Assembly (NCBI GenBank): GCA_900751885.1 | Contig: CAADTH010000050.1 | Location: 132,431 to 164,430, forward strand | Direction: 5' to 3' | Source of the DNA: Clostridia bacterium | GTDB lineage: Bacteria; Bacillota; Clostridia; UBA1381 | DNA: 32,000 nucleotides | In this document: positions 20,701 to 27,803 of the stretch, in pieces | How the letters are laid out: every line of letters starts with the position of its first letter | How positions within the stretch are numbered: position 1 is the first letter of the stretch | Notes under the pieces: generated by a model | Databases searched by the model: none | Told to the model about the DNA's origin: nothing | Seen by the model: the letters and a program-made list of their open reading frames with translations, nothing else | Program-made: the position numbers and the translations under genes

Positions 20701-22650
20701 ATAATAACTATTTATCATACACCATCTATTAATATTATTACTAAAGATGCTGATACGATTTATAATGATTTTGTAGTTGAAACTCAATTAAATGATGTTG
20801 ATGAATCAAGATACACGTATAAATGGTTTATTAGATATAATAATGGAGAAAAAATAAATATTGATAAATATGCAAGTACGAATTTTAATATTAATGGTGG
20901 TACACTTTCTTTTTACGAAAGCGGTAACTATACTATATATCTTGAACTAACAGATAATTTAGAAAATATTTTCTTATATGAAAAAAATATAAAAGTTGAT
21001 AATAAATCATCTGTTAATTTTACATTACAAGGAACAGGCTATATAGGAATTGAAAATAAGATAATTTCCTCTTTAAATGGAGATAACTTAACCATCGAAT
21101 GGTCAATAAGTAAAAATGGTAATACACGTCAACCTTATCTTTATTATGCTGATGGCATACTAAATAATGATGGTGGTTCAATAACTTTTGATAAAGTAGG
21201 GACTTATACTGTTTATGCTATTATCGTAGATAAATACGGAAACTCTTACATAACACAAAGACTCATTACAATAGAAGAATTACCGACTGCTAACGTTATT
21301 ATTCCTCCATACACACATACCGACACTACAATAACAGCAGTGGCTAATTCTGTTATTAGTCAAAGTGGGATAGAATGGTACGTTAAAGATACTCAGACTA
21401 ATAAAACACTTCCATATTCAAATTATTGTAAAGGGAATCTATCATCTTCTGGAGGAGAAATTAAATTTATTAATGCTGGATTTTATGAACTTATAGCAAG
21501 AGTTAAAGGAAGTGACGGCAAGACATTTGATTATAATGCACCTATTCATGTATACCCTACCCCAACCTTAGATACAAATGTTCCTACTTCTTTACACATA
21601 TGTGATTCTTTCTTTTTAAATCTTACTCCATTGAATACTTATCCTAATACAAGTGTAACATGGAGCGTTAAGAAAGATGGTTTAGATGTTGATAACTGGG
21701 ATTATATTTCTCAAAATAGCAATGGTTCTTTATATTTTTCAGAATTTGGGAACTATAAAATAACTGTTAATGTAAAAGATGAAGTTGGACGTATATTTGA
21801 ATTTATAAGCTATATTTTAGTATATAATATTAACCCTGATATGCCTACAGTACAAATTAATAAAACAAGAAATTATAAAAATAATAAATATTACGTCGAA
21901 CTCATTCCAAAAGCTACAGATTCAGATGGAGATTCTGTAACTTATGAGTATGAAAATAAACCTAATGACAACTATTACCCACTAGGTTATACATATGTAC
22001 ATGTTCGAGCAAAAGATATACATGGTGCATATTCTCCCTGGAAAACCGTTACAGTATATGTATCAAATGATTCTCCGTCAGCTCCAACGTTAACACGAAC
22101 TCCTGATAGCGCAAGCATAGAGCCTAATACACCAGTTATAATACAAGCAAGTGGTTCTGTTGACCCTGATGGTGACGCAATACACTATGTTTGGTCTGGT
22201 ATACGAAGTAATAATATCTATCCTTTAGGAAAAAATATTGTAACTTGTAAAGCCGTAGATAATGCTGGAGCAGAATCAAGCTCTACTGCAATGGTCTTTT
22301 TTGTAGCAAATGAAACACAAGGTGGCGGTATGGAACTTACAGGACCCGATTCAACTATTATTGAAGAAGGTATTGAAGGAGCTACTATTACTGGATATAC
22401 ATTTACTGTTCCTCAAGTTTCAGGTCATAATAGCAGTAATGATTTTGGCAGAATACGAGGATATAACATTCAAACAAAATCATGGGAGGAAATTGATTAT
22501 AAATCAACTAATAATGGTGTAGTAATGACCCAAACCCTAGAAAAAGGTAAATATAGCAAATTGGAATTTTATTACTATACAGACCATAACTGTATGTATA
22601 ACCATAGTAACATAACATATGACGTAAGTTTTGATTTTCCATCAAACTAA
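14788..22650 (+). CDS. Giant (2620-aa) secreted, SLH-anchored surface protein with about 23 tandem Ig/PKD-like modules; putative mating adhesin.
   Basis: The ATG at 14788 has SD GGAGG upstream. The signal peptide is MNKRFTSLLLVFTIVISLGANVMA. There are three SLH domains (about 14860-15405; motifs DVPDSHWAAEYIELL, FSDVLDTHWAKKDIERL, ITRAEVFKILC). The repeat array follows, then two DxDGD modules (TDSDGDSVTYEY, VDPDGDAIHYVW) and a terminal beta-rich domain. No LPXTG motif is present. Confidence 0.9.
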   Translation: MNKRFTSLLLVFTIVISLGANVMASNYNDVPDSHWAAEYIELLTQKGILKGTPKGECLPDQNITRAELSALISRNYDQDEYVDMAVNTFSDVLDTHWAKKDIERLVKHSVILPNEYKNGFYPDINASRIEMIRMIVRWLNKDSNVPSKMTPTGFSDDIDLSPEDRGYINVARDIGLISGYPDNSLKPQNPITRAEVFKILCIGLNEKSKPSYFIIFGGNSSGSGSQKTVPKPTVEFALSPYAHTDTEIEVSTKNKNVKSIIWQIRKYDNEQKKYNKVDINNVINGSLNDSGGTIRFNQSGKYEIVAIASNSKGTEYEYKKEINIYDVPTLTLQLNENEYIDNEINIILTNNIDSLNHNIDWYITDETGQKQHYTEFTNGELSKNGGTIKFKTDGKYIISANLTDETNRVFTIEKAITIFPIPIINITANEKVMIDEHVPINIVLNHIGDKEIKWFISKNNDIKPYNEYAKGILSNDGGSIYFENQGQYELIAQVTDELNKQFEYSTSIKVYPIPILNFNLPETAHTDSIINIENNFNNIDGLDVCWKIQKESSEPTDYTEYVSGELSNTGGKIVFKEEGAYTLTANIVNELGKTYSFSDTIIIYPVISPILSVPSVSHIDSTFHISLSDTERQNVEWKISKNNSELQPYNNFTDNILSVNGGNIQLKQDGKYKIVAIITDVTGRQFITESTIIIYPIPTVNFDIPIYAHTDTQIEINPITTNIENNEITWTIIKDDIEKPYNEYVTGELHQNGGTITFLNNGTYSIKATFEDASGRKFESLKTIKIYTIPIVEFGEFGLPNIAHTDTSILIKPELTNIENLKIEWLISKNQTDPLPYNEYVDGSLENTGGTIKFKDKGEYELIAMITDDVGRKYTYNSNTKIYPVPIINLNVPDIGHTDSLININNDNSELNNLDIIWSMTKDGSTEQDYSIFTSGKLNNTGGTISILQKGNYVLIATVIDETGRVFSSSSNLKIYPVPDILIYAPKSAHTDTPINITTKTNELDNLTIKWSIKNNDNNSDIDYFTNNGGTIHLESQGEYIIIATVIDETGRSFKSETQIKIYPIPDLSFDIPLYSHTDTQFSVITHFCDVNNTVSWYVNEENQVLSSNGGTLLLSQKGDYNITSQVTDDTGRTFKYTKSINVYPVPIVNFRRDSNAEFVLPEYGYVNQSITIIPELKELNDLSIKWLISKDGKEAKDYSAYAQGIMTADGGILTFPNTGQYNLIAQISDKVNRVFEYTESIIINSTPSLSFNMPEHSYKEESINITAVGAENNTFEWKISKDNKNPQPYTEYVDGILETNGGSIKFKESGNYNLIFTVTDEAGKVFSFSKRIKILDIPNVEITLPDNTHIGETVKITPKIEHADNLKIQWKLNNKPYQYFANGTLSDNGGSIEFVIPGEYILSATMINEYGREFVYTSNIIKVYDNLYPSFISPLYSSINTDVRITVLEGNNIKWTIQYNNDAEQDYNNVVDGMITDNGGTISFTKAGNYTIIATTTDTIGKEFKYTQNIKIYDIPTVTINCNEKYHANEEINLFTDLTNMEGLEINWTISKDGNVAENYLKYASGVLTKDGGTIFIKEPGEYNIIALVTDKLGISHEFSKTVHIIDVPYIDLNMPQSAFINENINIKVNNYSNDNSINWLIKKGDDTAQDLLTYADGVLNEQGGTIKFKSEGHYTIIAEITDSLNSKHQYSKEIDIFHSSSLKLTTPQYSYINANIKILVEANNLQKTSLKWQISRDNGELENYITYANGTLTDDGGSISFDAPGIYKVVATGYDQLNNIVTSEATINIFELPNIGITMPSTAHTNKAVIVATTNQNTEDATVSWYISKDGDEEQIYTKYVTGELNKNGGYITFNESGSYTVFAKVVDRNGKTFKYHSTITIYDNPEIGIDIVSESYINKSIKILINSSGLKDISWSIAKNGKNAENYLKYATGTLTNIGGSISFDEAGTYKIIASSVDDTGENHIAESIITIYHTPSINIITKDADTIYNDFVVETQLNDVDESRYTYKWFIRYNNGEKINIDKYASTNFNINGGTLSFYESGNYTIYLELTDNLENIFLYEKNIKVDNKSSVNFTLQGTGYIGIENKIISSLNGDNLTIEWSISKNGNTRQPYLYYADGILNNDGGSITFDKVGTYTVYAIIVDKYGNSYITQRLITIEELPTANVIIPPYTHTDTTITAVANSVISQSGIEWYVKDTQTNKTLPYSNYCKGNLSSSGGEIKFINAGFYELIARVKGSDGKTFDYNAPIHVYPTPTLDTNVPTSLHICDSFFLNLTPLNTYPNTSVTWSVKKDGLDVDNWDYISQNSNGSLYFSEFGNYKITVNVKDEVGRIFEFISYILVYNINPDMPTVQINKTRNYKNNKYYVELIPKATDSDGDSVTYEYENKPNDNYYPLGYTYVHVRAKDIHGAYSPWKTVTVYVSNDSPSAPTLTRTPDSASIEPNTPVIIQASGSVDPDGDAIHYVWSGIRSNNIYPLGKNIVTCKAVDNAGAESSSTAMVFFVANETQGGGMELTGPDSTIIEEGIEGATITGYTFTVPQVSGHNSSNDFGRIRGYNIQTKSWEEIDYKSTNNGVVMTQTLEKGKYSKLEFYYYTDHNCMYNHSNITYDVSFDFPSN
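15478..21828 (+). repeat. About 23 tandem, diverged, roughly 276-nt (92-aa) coding repeats within the adhesin gene.
   Basis: The recurrent protein pattern is (I/V)P..(F).P..AHTD..I.I....N...L.I.W.I.K......Y..Y..G.L...GG.I.F...G.Y.LIA...D..GR.F.....I.IYP. I counted the modules by eye in the translation. The copies are too diverged to form long identical DNA repeats. Confidence 0.85.
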
Positions 22651-22656
22651 GATAAT

Positions 22657-22688
22657 AAAAGCGGCTATCAACTGATAGCCGCTTTTTA
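22657..22688 (+). terminator. Rho-independent terminator after the adhesin gene.
   Basis: AAAA GCGGCTATC AACT GATAGCCGC TTTTT. The stem is a perfect 9 bp and GC-rich, with a 4-nt loop, a T5 tail and a flanking A-run. Confidence 0.8.
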
Positions 22689-22689
22689 A

Positions 22690-23472
22690 TTGGAGGTGAG
22701 TAAAATAGACCCTGCAACTGCAAAGATAATAATACAAATTGTAATACAGTCTTTAAAGGATGAAGAAACACGCAAACGTTTACTTATGGTTATACTTGCG
22801 CCAGTTGTAACTACCTTGTTATTGATAACACTAATATTTTATTTATTAACATCACCAATAGAAGCATTAGGAGCATTATTTAATAATGATGAACATACAC
22901 AATACGTAAATGATTTGCAAACAAACTATGGTTTTTATGGTGATGGTGCAGTAATTGACATTACAGGAGAATATCGTGAAAGTGAAATGCCATTATTTAT
23001 TCAATGGGATAATAGATGGGGAATGTACCCCTATGGTCGTAGTGGAACTATCGCATCATCAGCTTGCGGTCCAACATCAATGGCTATGATAGTTGTTGCA
23101 TTTACAGGAAAAACAAATGTGAACCCTAAAACTATGGCAGATTGGAGTGTCGCACATGGGCATCGGGTAGAAGGAGTAGGAACAGCATGGTCATTTTTCC
23201 CAGATGCGGCACAAAGCTATGGATTTAATTGTTCACAGTTATCCGTTAATGCATCAGATATTTCAAATTCTTTACGAAATAACAAACCAGTAATTGCAAG
23301 TATGGGACCAGGACATTTTACGAGAGGAGGTCACTTTATCGTTTTACGTGGTATTACTAGTGATGGAAAGATACTCGTAAATGACCCTAACAGTCGTGAA
23401 AAAAGTGAAAAAGCATGGGATATAAGCATTATTGTCAATGAAGCAAAAGCGGCGTGGAGTTTTTATAAATAA
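22690..23472 (+). CDS. Membrane-anchored C39-like (papain-fold) cysteine peptidase; probable T4SS-associated cell-wall hydrolase.
   Basis: An N-terminal TM helix (VILAPVVTTLLLITLIFYLL) is followed by the catalytic-Cys context SSACGPTSMAMIV and the His context GGHFIVLRG...VNDPN. The start is uncertain. The track uses TTG at 22690, but the strong SD GGAGGTGA (22692-22699) is best spaced for the in-frame ATA at 22705. The next ATG (22786) has no SD. Confidence 0.65.
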   Translation: MEVSKIDPATAKIIIQIVIQSLKDEETRKRLLMVILAPVVTTLLLITLIFYLLTSPIEALGALFNNDEHTQYVNDLQTNYGFYGDGAVIDITGEYRESEMPLFIQWDNRWGMYPYGRSGTIASSACGPTSMAMIVVAFTGKTNVNPKTMADWSVAHGHRVEGVGTAWSFFPDAAQSYGFNCSQLSVNASDISNSLRNNKPVIASMGPGHFTRGGHFIVLRGITSDGKILVNDPNSREKSEKAWDISIIVNEAKAAWSFYK

Positions 23473-23491
23473 AAAGAAAGGGGTGAATTTT

Positions 23492-23650
23492 TTGAGTAGT
23501 AATAAAAAAGTTATTGAACTATGTGTGTTAATCGTTATTGTCATATTATTTCTAATTCTTCGAGTATCAGGGACAATGCCTACCCCTCCTAAAATGGATA
23601 TGCCACTACCACCCGATAACACACCTCCAGTAATTGAGCAAGTTCAATAA
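23492..23650 (+). CDS. Small single-pass membrane protein with a proline-rich tail (52 aa).
   Basis: TTG at 23492 has SD AAAGGGGTGA upstream. The TM helix is VIELCVLIVIVILFLILRV and the tail is PTPPKMDMPLPPDNTPPV. The track start at 23432 overlaps the previous gene. Confidence 0.4.
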   Translation: MSSNKKVIELCVLIVIVILFLILRVSGTMPTPPKMDMPLPPDNTPPVIEQVQ

Positions 23651-23670
23651 TTGATATAGCATAATTAAGA

Positions 23671-24867
23671 TTGGAAGTGATTATTTTGATTTATTATATT
23701 ACAAAGCAAGAACATTTGGAACTAGTTCAAGAAGTCTGCGCTGTAAAAGATTTAGCCATTGATTGTGAAATAAACATTGATGATATTCAATGTTTTGTAA
23801 ATCAGGAACTGAAAAAACTACGGCATGTTAAACATTTTATTATTGATGTCTCTGTTTTAAAAAATTCAGAGACAGATATTATGAGTGCTATAATCAGTAT
23901 GAAAATGATGACTCAGGCACAAATTAGCATTGTAGCTTTAGGATATTCTCTCACTCATAATTTAATTCAAGAATTAATTAAGTGCGGAATCTACAATATT
24001 GTTACAAGCAATGATAAACATAATGCTCAACAAGAAGTGGAGAAATGTTTATCTGATAGTGGTATATCTAAAACTGATTTAATACCTGAAAATCAAAACC
24101 CTTTCATGTCAGATTCTCTATCTAGTACGATAAAAACAGAAAAACCATTAGATACCAAAATACCACCTATTAAAGATGAAAATATAAATCTATCTCCTAA
24201 ACCACTCTCCACTAGTAAGAAAAGTTTAATAAAAGATAGTGTTACCATTGGAGTATGCGGAACACAACATCATATTGGGACTACCCATCATGCGATTGCT
24301 CTTACTGCATCACTAATTAATTTAGGATATAAAGCATGTTATTTAGAAGCAAACGTTCATGGAGATATACAGCGATTAGTCGAGGTATATGATGATGATG
24401 AAAGCATAGATGATGATGGTGCATTAACCTGGGGTGGCGTACAAATGTATAGCAATTATTATTTTAATGACGTTACAAAATTAGATTATCAGTTCTATGT
24501 ATACGATTATGGAGTTTGTAGCGAGGTATCATCGCAAGAATATTTGACAAAAGACATTAAGGTATTAGTTACAGGCTCTAAAGCATGGGAATATCAATTA
24601 TATCTTGATATTGTTAATCATATATCTAAAGCTAAAAACCTACATACTATTATGAATTTTGCTCCAATTATAGACCAAGACCAACTTGCTTATAAAGGTA
24701 TGGAACAGACAACGTATTTTCCTCAGTATGCCCCATGCCCATTTGAAGATAGAAACAATGATAATATTTATATTAAAATTATTGAATCTTTTTTAGACAT
24801 AAACCAGCCAAATCAAGTAGATAATACTACAAAAAGAAAATGGTTCTTTAGAAAGGAAAGAAAATAA
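23671..24867 (+). CDS. tadZ: TadZ-like protein: N-terminal receiver-like domain, Pro/Ser-rich linker and a ParA/MinD-like domain with a degenerate P-loop.
   Basis: The alpha/beta N-domain has the pattern (HFIIDVSVL...ISIVALG...IYNIVTS). The C-domain aligns with the ParA/MinD fold (VTIGVCGTQHHIGTTHHAIALTASLINLGYKACYLEAN), but both Walker A lysines are replaced. The start is ambiguous (TTG 23671, GTG 23677 or TTG 23686). Confidence 0.5.
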   Translation: MEVIILIYYITKQEHLELVQEVCAVKDLAIDCEINIDDIQCFVNQELKKLRHVKHFIIDVSVLKNSETDIMSAIISMKMMTQAQISIVALGYSLTHNLIQELIKCGIYNIVTSNDKHNAQQEVEKCLSDSGISKTDLIPENQNPFMSDSLSSTIKTEKPLDTKIPPIKDENINLSPKPLSTSKKSLIKDSVTIGVCGTQHHIGTTHHAIALTASLINLGYKACYLEANVHGDIQRLVEVYDDDESIDDDGALTWGGVQMYSNYYFNDVTKLDYQFYVYDYGVCSEVSSQEYLTKDIKVLVTGSKAWEYQLYLDIVNHISKAKNLHTIMNFAPIIDQDQLAYKGMEQTTYFPQYAPCPFEDRNNDNIYIKIIESFLDINQPNQVDNTTKRKWFFRKERK

Positions 24868-25578
24868 ATGAAGATAAAACTAAATACAAAATTTTTAAAA
24901 AATAAATATGTGCTATCTACCCTATGTATGATTCTATCTGCCATTATCGCTTTTATTATTGTACCTAACAAAGAAAAGCACAAATATGATACTATTAAAA
25001 TAGTACGAACCAACCAGACTATAGAAGCCAACACTTTAATCAATGAAAGTATGTTAAAGACTATAGAGGTTATGCCTTTAAATCTTCCAGATGATATAAT
25101 TACAGATATTAATACAATTATAGGTAAATATACCACTGTACCACTGTTACCATCTGATAACTTAGTATCAAATAAATTTGCAGACACCTCTTCTTTAACA
25201 AAAGCACTATTCAAAAATGAAGATGGTAAATTAGCTGTATCTGTAAGTATCAAGAATTTAGCCGCAAGTGTATCAGGTAAATTGTTACCTGGTGATGTTG
25301 TATCTGTCTACACGTATAATACAGAAGATAAATCATTGATTGAATATGAAGATTTAAAACACGTTGAAATTTTGGCTATAACCAACGATAAAGGTGATGA
25401 TTTAAATAGTGATATATCTAGTAATAATGAAGATAATAATGATAATATTCCTGCTACAATAACGTTATCCGTAAACCAGAATCAAGCAAAAGAATTAATC
25501 AAAGCTGAAAACAGTGGGAATATACATATTGTATTTGCTGGTCGTGGAGAATATGGTAAAAAATTATTAAATCCTTAA
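24868..25578 (+). CDS. cpaB: CpaB/RcpC-like Flp pilus assembly protein (N-terminal TM plus SAF domain).
   Basis: The ATG immediately follows the previous stop. The TM helix is VLSTLCMILSAIIAFIIV. SAF-like region: IVRTNQTIEANTLINESMLKTIEV...IGKYTTVPLLPSDNLVSNKF. The C-terminal beta-rich region ends ...NIHIVFAGRG. Confidence 0.7.
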   Translation: MKIKLNTKFLKNKYVLSTLCMILSAIIAFIIVPNKEKHKYDTIKIVRTNQTIEANTLINESMLKTIEVMPLNLPDDIITDINTIIGKYTTVPLLPSDNLVSNKFADTSSLTKALFKNEDGKLAVSVSIKNLAASVSGKLLPGDVVSVYTYNTEDKSLIEYEDLKHVEILAITNDKGDDLNSDISSNNEDNNDNIPATITLSVNQNQAKELIKAENSGNIHIVFAGRGEYGKKLLNP

Positions 25579-25602
25579 CCTTGTGCGAAAATTGCACAAG
25601 GT
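25577..25602 (+). repeat. Copy 5 of the palindromic element: AACCTTGTGCGAAAATTGCACAAGGT.
   Basis: It begins inside the TAA stop (25576-25578). The stem is a perfect 9 bp with a 7-nt loop. It lies inside the Tad block, and no clean T-run follows. Confidence 0.8.
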
Positions 25603-25630
25603 CTTATTATTTAAGAAAGTAGGTATTAGT

Positions 25631-26371
25631 ATGGGAAAAATAATTGCAATTTACGGCGCACCTGGGAGCGGAAAAACGACTATTGCGTGTAATTTAGCAT
25701 ACGCATTATCAAAGAAAATGACTACAGGTGTGTTACAAACAAATATTTATTACGCTTCAATACAACATTTTTTCGGTATGGAAATTAAAAAATCTAAAGA
25801 TTTATCAACAGCATTGTTAGGATATGGAAAAGAAGATTTGTCAAAATGTTTTACTCCACATCCTCAAAATAATAATCTATATATATTATCACCTAGTAAT
25901 ACTTATGATTGTCTTGCATTGGCAGATGATAAAAATGGTTTAGATGGAGAAACTGCAAAAAATATCATTTTAGAACTCAAAGATATGTTCGATTACTTAA
26001 TTGTAGATTGTACACCAGATATAAATGATGCTCTCGCTATTTATAGTTTAATAAATTCAGAGAAGATTGTTAACATTATCAAACCTAATATACAAGGTAT
26101 GGCATTTGCAACAAGCTATCAATCATTATTCACAGCTCTCGAATTTAGCGATAAAAAAATAATACATGTGATTAATAATGATAAAAACTATATTGGAATC
26201 ACAACAATTCAGAAAATATTAAATGTACCTTCCTCTTTATGTATACCACATCACAAAGATGCTGAAACTGCTGAAAATACAGGAATTCCACTTTATACAT
26301 ATAATAATAAATTTACAACATCTATTAATACTATTATTGATGTTATTATAGGAGGTACAGAAATTGAGTAA
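25631..26371 (+). CDS. ParA/MinD-superfamily ATPase (CpaE/TadZ-like) with an intact P-loop.
   Basis: The ATG at 25631 is preferred because the track start (GTG 25583) lies inside the palindrome. Walker A is IAIYGAPGSGKTTIACNLAYAL and the Walker B-like segment is YLIVDCTPD. Confidence 0.7.
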   Translation: MGKIIAIYGAPGSGKTTIACNLAYALSKKMTTGVLQTNIYYASIQHFFGMEIKKSKDLSTALLGYGKEDLSKCFTPHPQNNNLYILSPSNTYDCLALADDKNGLDGETAKNIILELKDMFDYLIVDCTPDINDALAIYSLINSEKIVNIIKPNIQGMAFATSYQSLFTALEFSDKKIIHVINNDKNYIGITTIQKILNVPSSLCIPHHKDAETAENTGIPLYTYNNKFTTSINTIIDVIIGGTEIE

Positions 26372-27803
26372 ATTCAGTATATTTGAAGCTATATATGAAA
26401 TACATCAACAAAAATCTGTTGTTCAAGACAAAAATAATATTAACAATGGAAAAAGACCATATATAGAGCTTTTAGAAATAGTACGAAATATAATAAGTAA
26501 AAAGCACTCTCAGGAGCTTGCAGATGTTATTTTTCAACCTGAAGGCGAAAAACTTTTAAAAATGCTTCTGACAAAATACATATATCAAAATCATCTAGTA
26601 TGTAATGAATACAATGATATAAATACGCTTGTTGAACATTTTTATGCCGATATGGCTGGATTTGGATTTATCTCTGAATTATTGGCTGATGAATCTATAG
26701 AAGAAATAAATGCTAACCGCTGGGATGATATAGAGGTAATCACAACAACAGGATGGAAAAAATTAGAGCAACATTTTCTATCGCCACAACAAGCGATTGA
26801 TATTACAAAAAAAATGTGTAGATTAGGTGGAGAAATTATTGATGGTAGTAGTCCAGCAAAAGATAGTTATATTACGCAAGGAGTACGAATATCAGCTCTT
26901 ATTCCACCAGTTGTTGATGAAGAAGCTGGAGCCGCATTTTCAATTAGGAAACAAAAACGTAATGTTGTTACAAAAGAAGATTTGATTTCATGGGGAACAG
27001 CCACAGAGGACGAATTAGATTTTCTTAACCTCTGTGTTGCTCATGGCATTTCTATTGGTATAGCTGGCTCTACAGGCTCAGGAAAAACGACAGATATTAA
27101 TTATCTTTTGCGGTCTATTCCTTACGATAAACGTATTTATTCTATCGAGGATTCACGTGAATTAGATTTAACTGTTAGAGATGACAAAGGACGAATACTT
27201 AATCGAGTAATTCATACAAAAACCAGACCTTCACCAAATGCTGAATTAGATGTTGACTCTAATTCACTTTTATTGCGTTCACTCAGATTTGACCCTGATA
27301 TTATATGCCCTGCTGAGATGCGTGGAAAAGAAGCTCTTACAGCACAAGAAAGTGGGCGAACAGGTCATACAATTATTACTTCCCTTCATGCATCTACTGC
27401 ATTAGCGGCTTATACTCGTATAATGACTATGTGCATGATGGGTGATGTCAATTATTCAGAGGATTTACTATTAAAATTAATAATAGAAGCATACCCAATT
27501 ATGGTTTTCAAGAAACAATTACCAGATAAAAGCCGTAAGTTTATGAACATAATTGAAGCTGAAAGTTATGAAAATGGTAAAATCATTTACCGTACTTTAT
27601 TCCGTTATGTAATAACAGGCAGTGAATTTAATGAAGATGGCGTACGCATTAAAAAAATGCAAGGTTATCATAAACGTGTTGATTGTATATCTAATAGAAC
27701 GGCTAATAAATTACTTGAAAACGGCGCAAATCTAAACATCATACGAAAATATGCAGGCAAAGACTGGAATCCTGAAAATGATGGGAGTTGCACATATGTA
27801 TAG
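26364..27803 (+). CDS. tadA: CpaF/TadA-family secretion ATPase (T2SS-E/VirB11 superfamily).
   Basis: TTG lies 8 nt after SD GGAGG. Walker A is IAGSTGSGKTT. Asp-box/Walker B region: RIYSIEDSRELDL...DPDIICPAEMRGKEA. His box: TGHTIITSLHAST. Confidence 0.9.
   Translation: MSKFSIFEAIYEIHQQKSVVQDKNNINNGKRPYIELLEIVRNIISKKHSQELADVIFQPEGEKLLKMLLTKYIYQNHLVCNEYNDINTLVEHFYADMAGFGFISELLADESIEEINANRWDDIEVITTTGWKKLEQHFLSPQQAIDITKKMCRLGGEIIDGSSPAKDSYITQGVRISALIPPVVDEEAGAAFSIRKQKRNVVTKEDLISWGTATEDELDFLNLCVAHGISIGIAGSTGSGKTTDINYLLRSIPYDKRIYSIEDSRELDLTVRDDKGRILNRVIHTKTRPSPNAELDVDSNSLLLRSLRFDPDIICPAEMRGKEALTAQESGRTGHTIITSLHASTALAAYTRIMTMCMMGDVNYSEDLLLKLIIEAYPIMVFKKQLPDKSRKFMNIIEAESYENGKIIYRTLFRYVITGSEFNEDGVRIKKMQGYHKRVDCISNRTANKLLENGANLNIIRKYAGKDWNPENDGSCTYV

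Noticed and set aside
15478-21828. Whether the regular 276-nt periodicity could be a CRISPR array or a satellite.
   Set aside because: The periodicity lies within one uninterrupted 7.9-kb reading frame and is conserved at the protein level, not as identical DNA repeats with unique spacers. It is a tandem-domain coding array.
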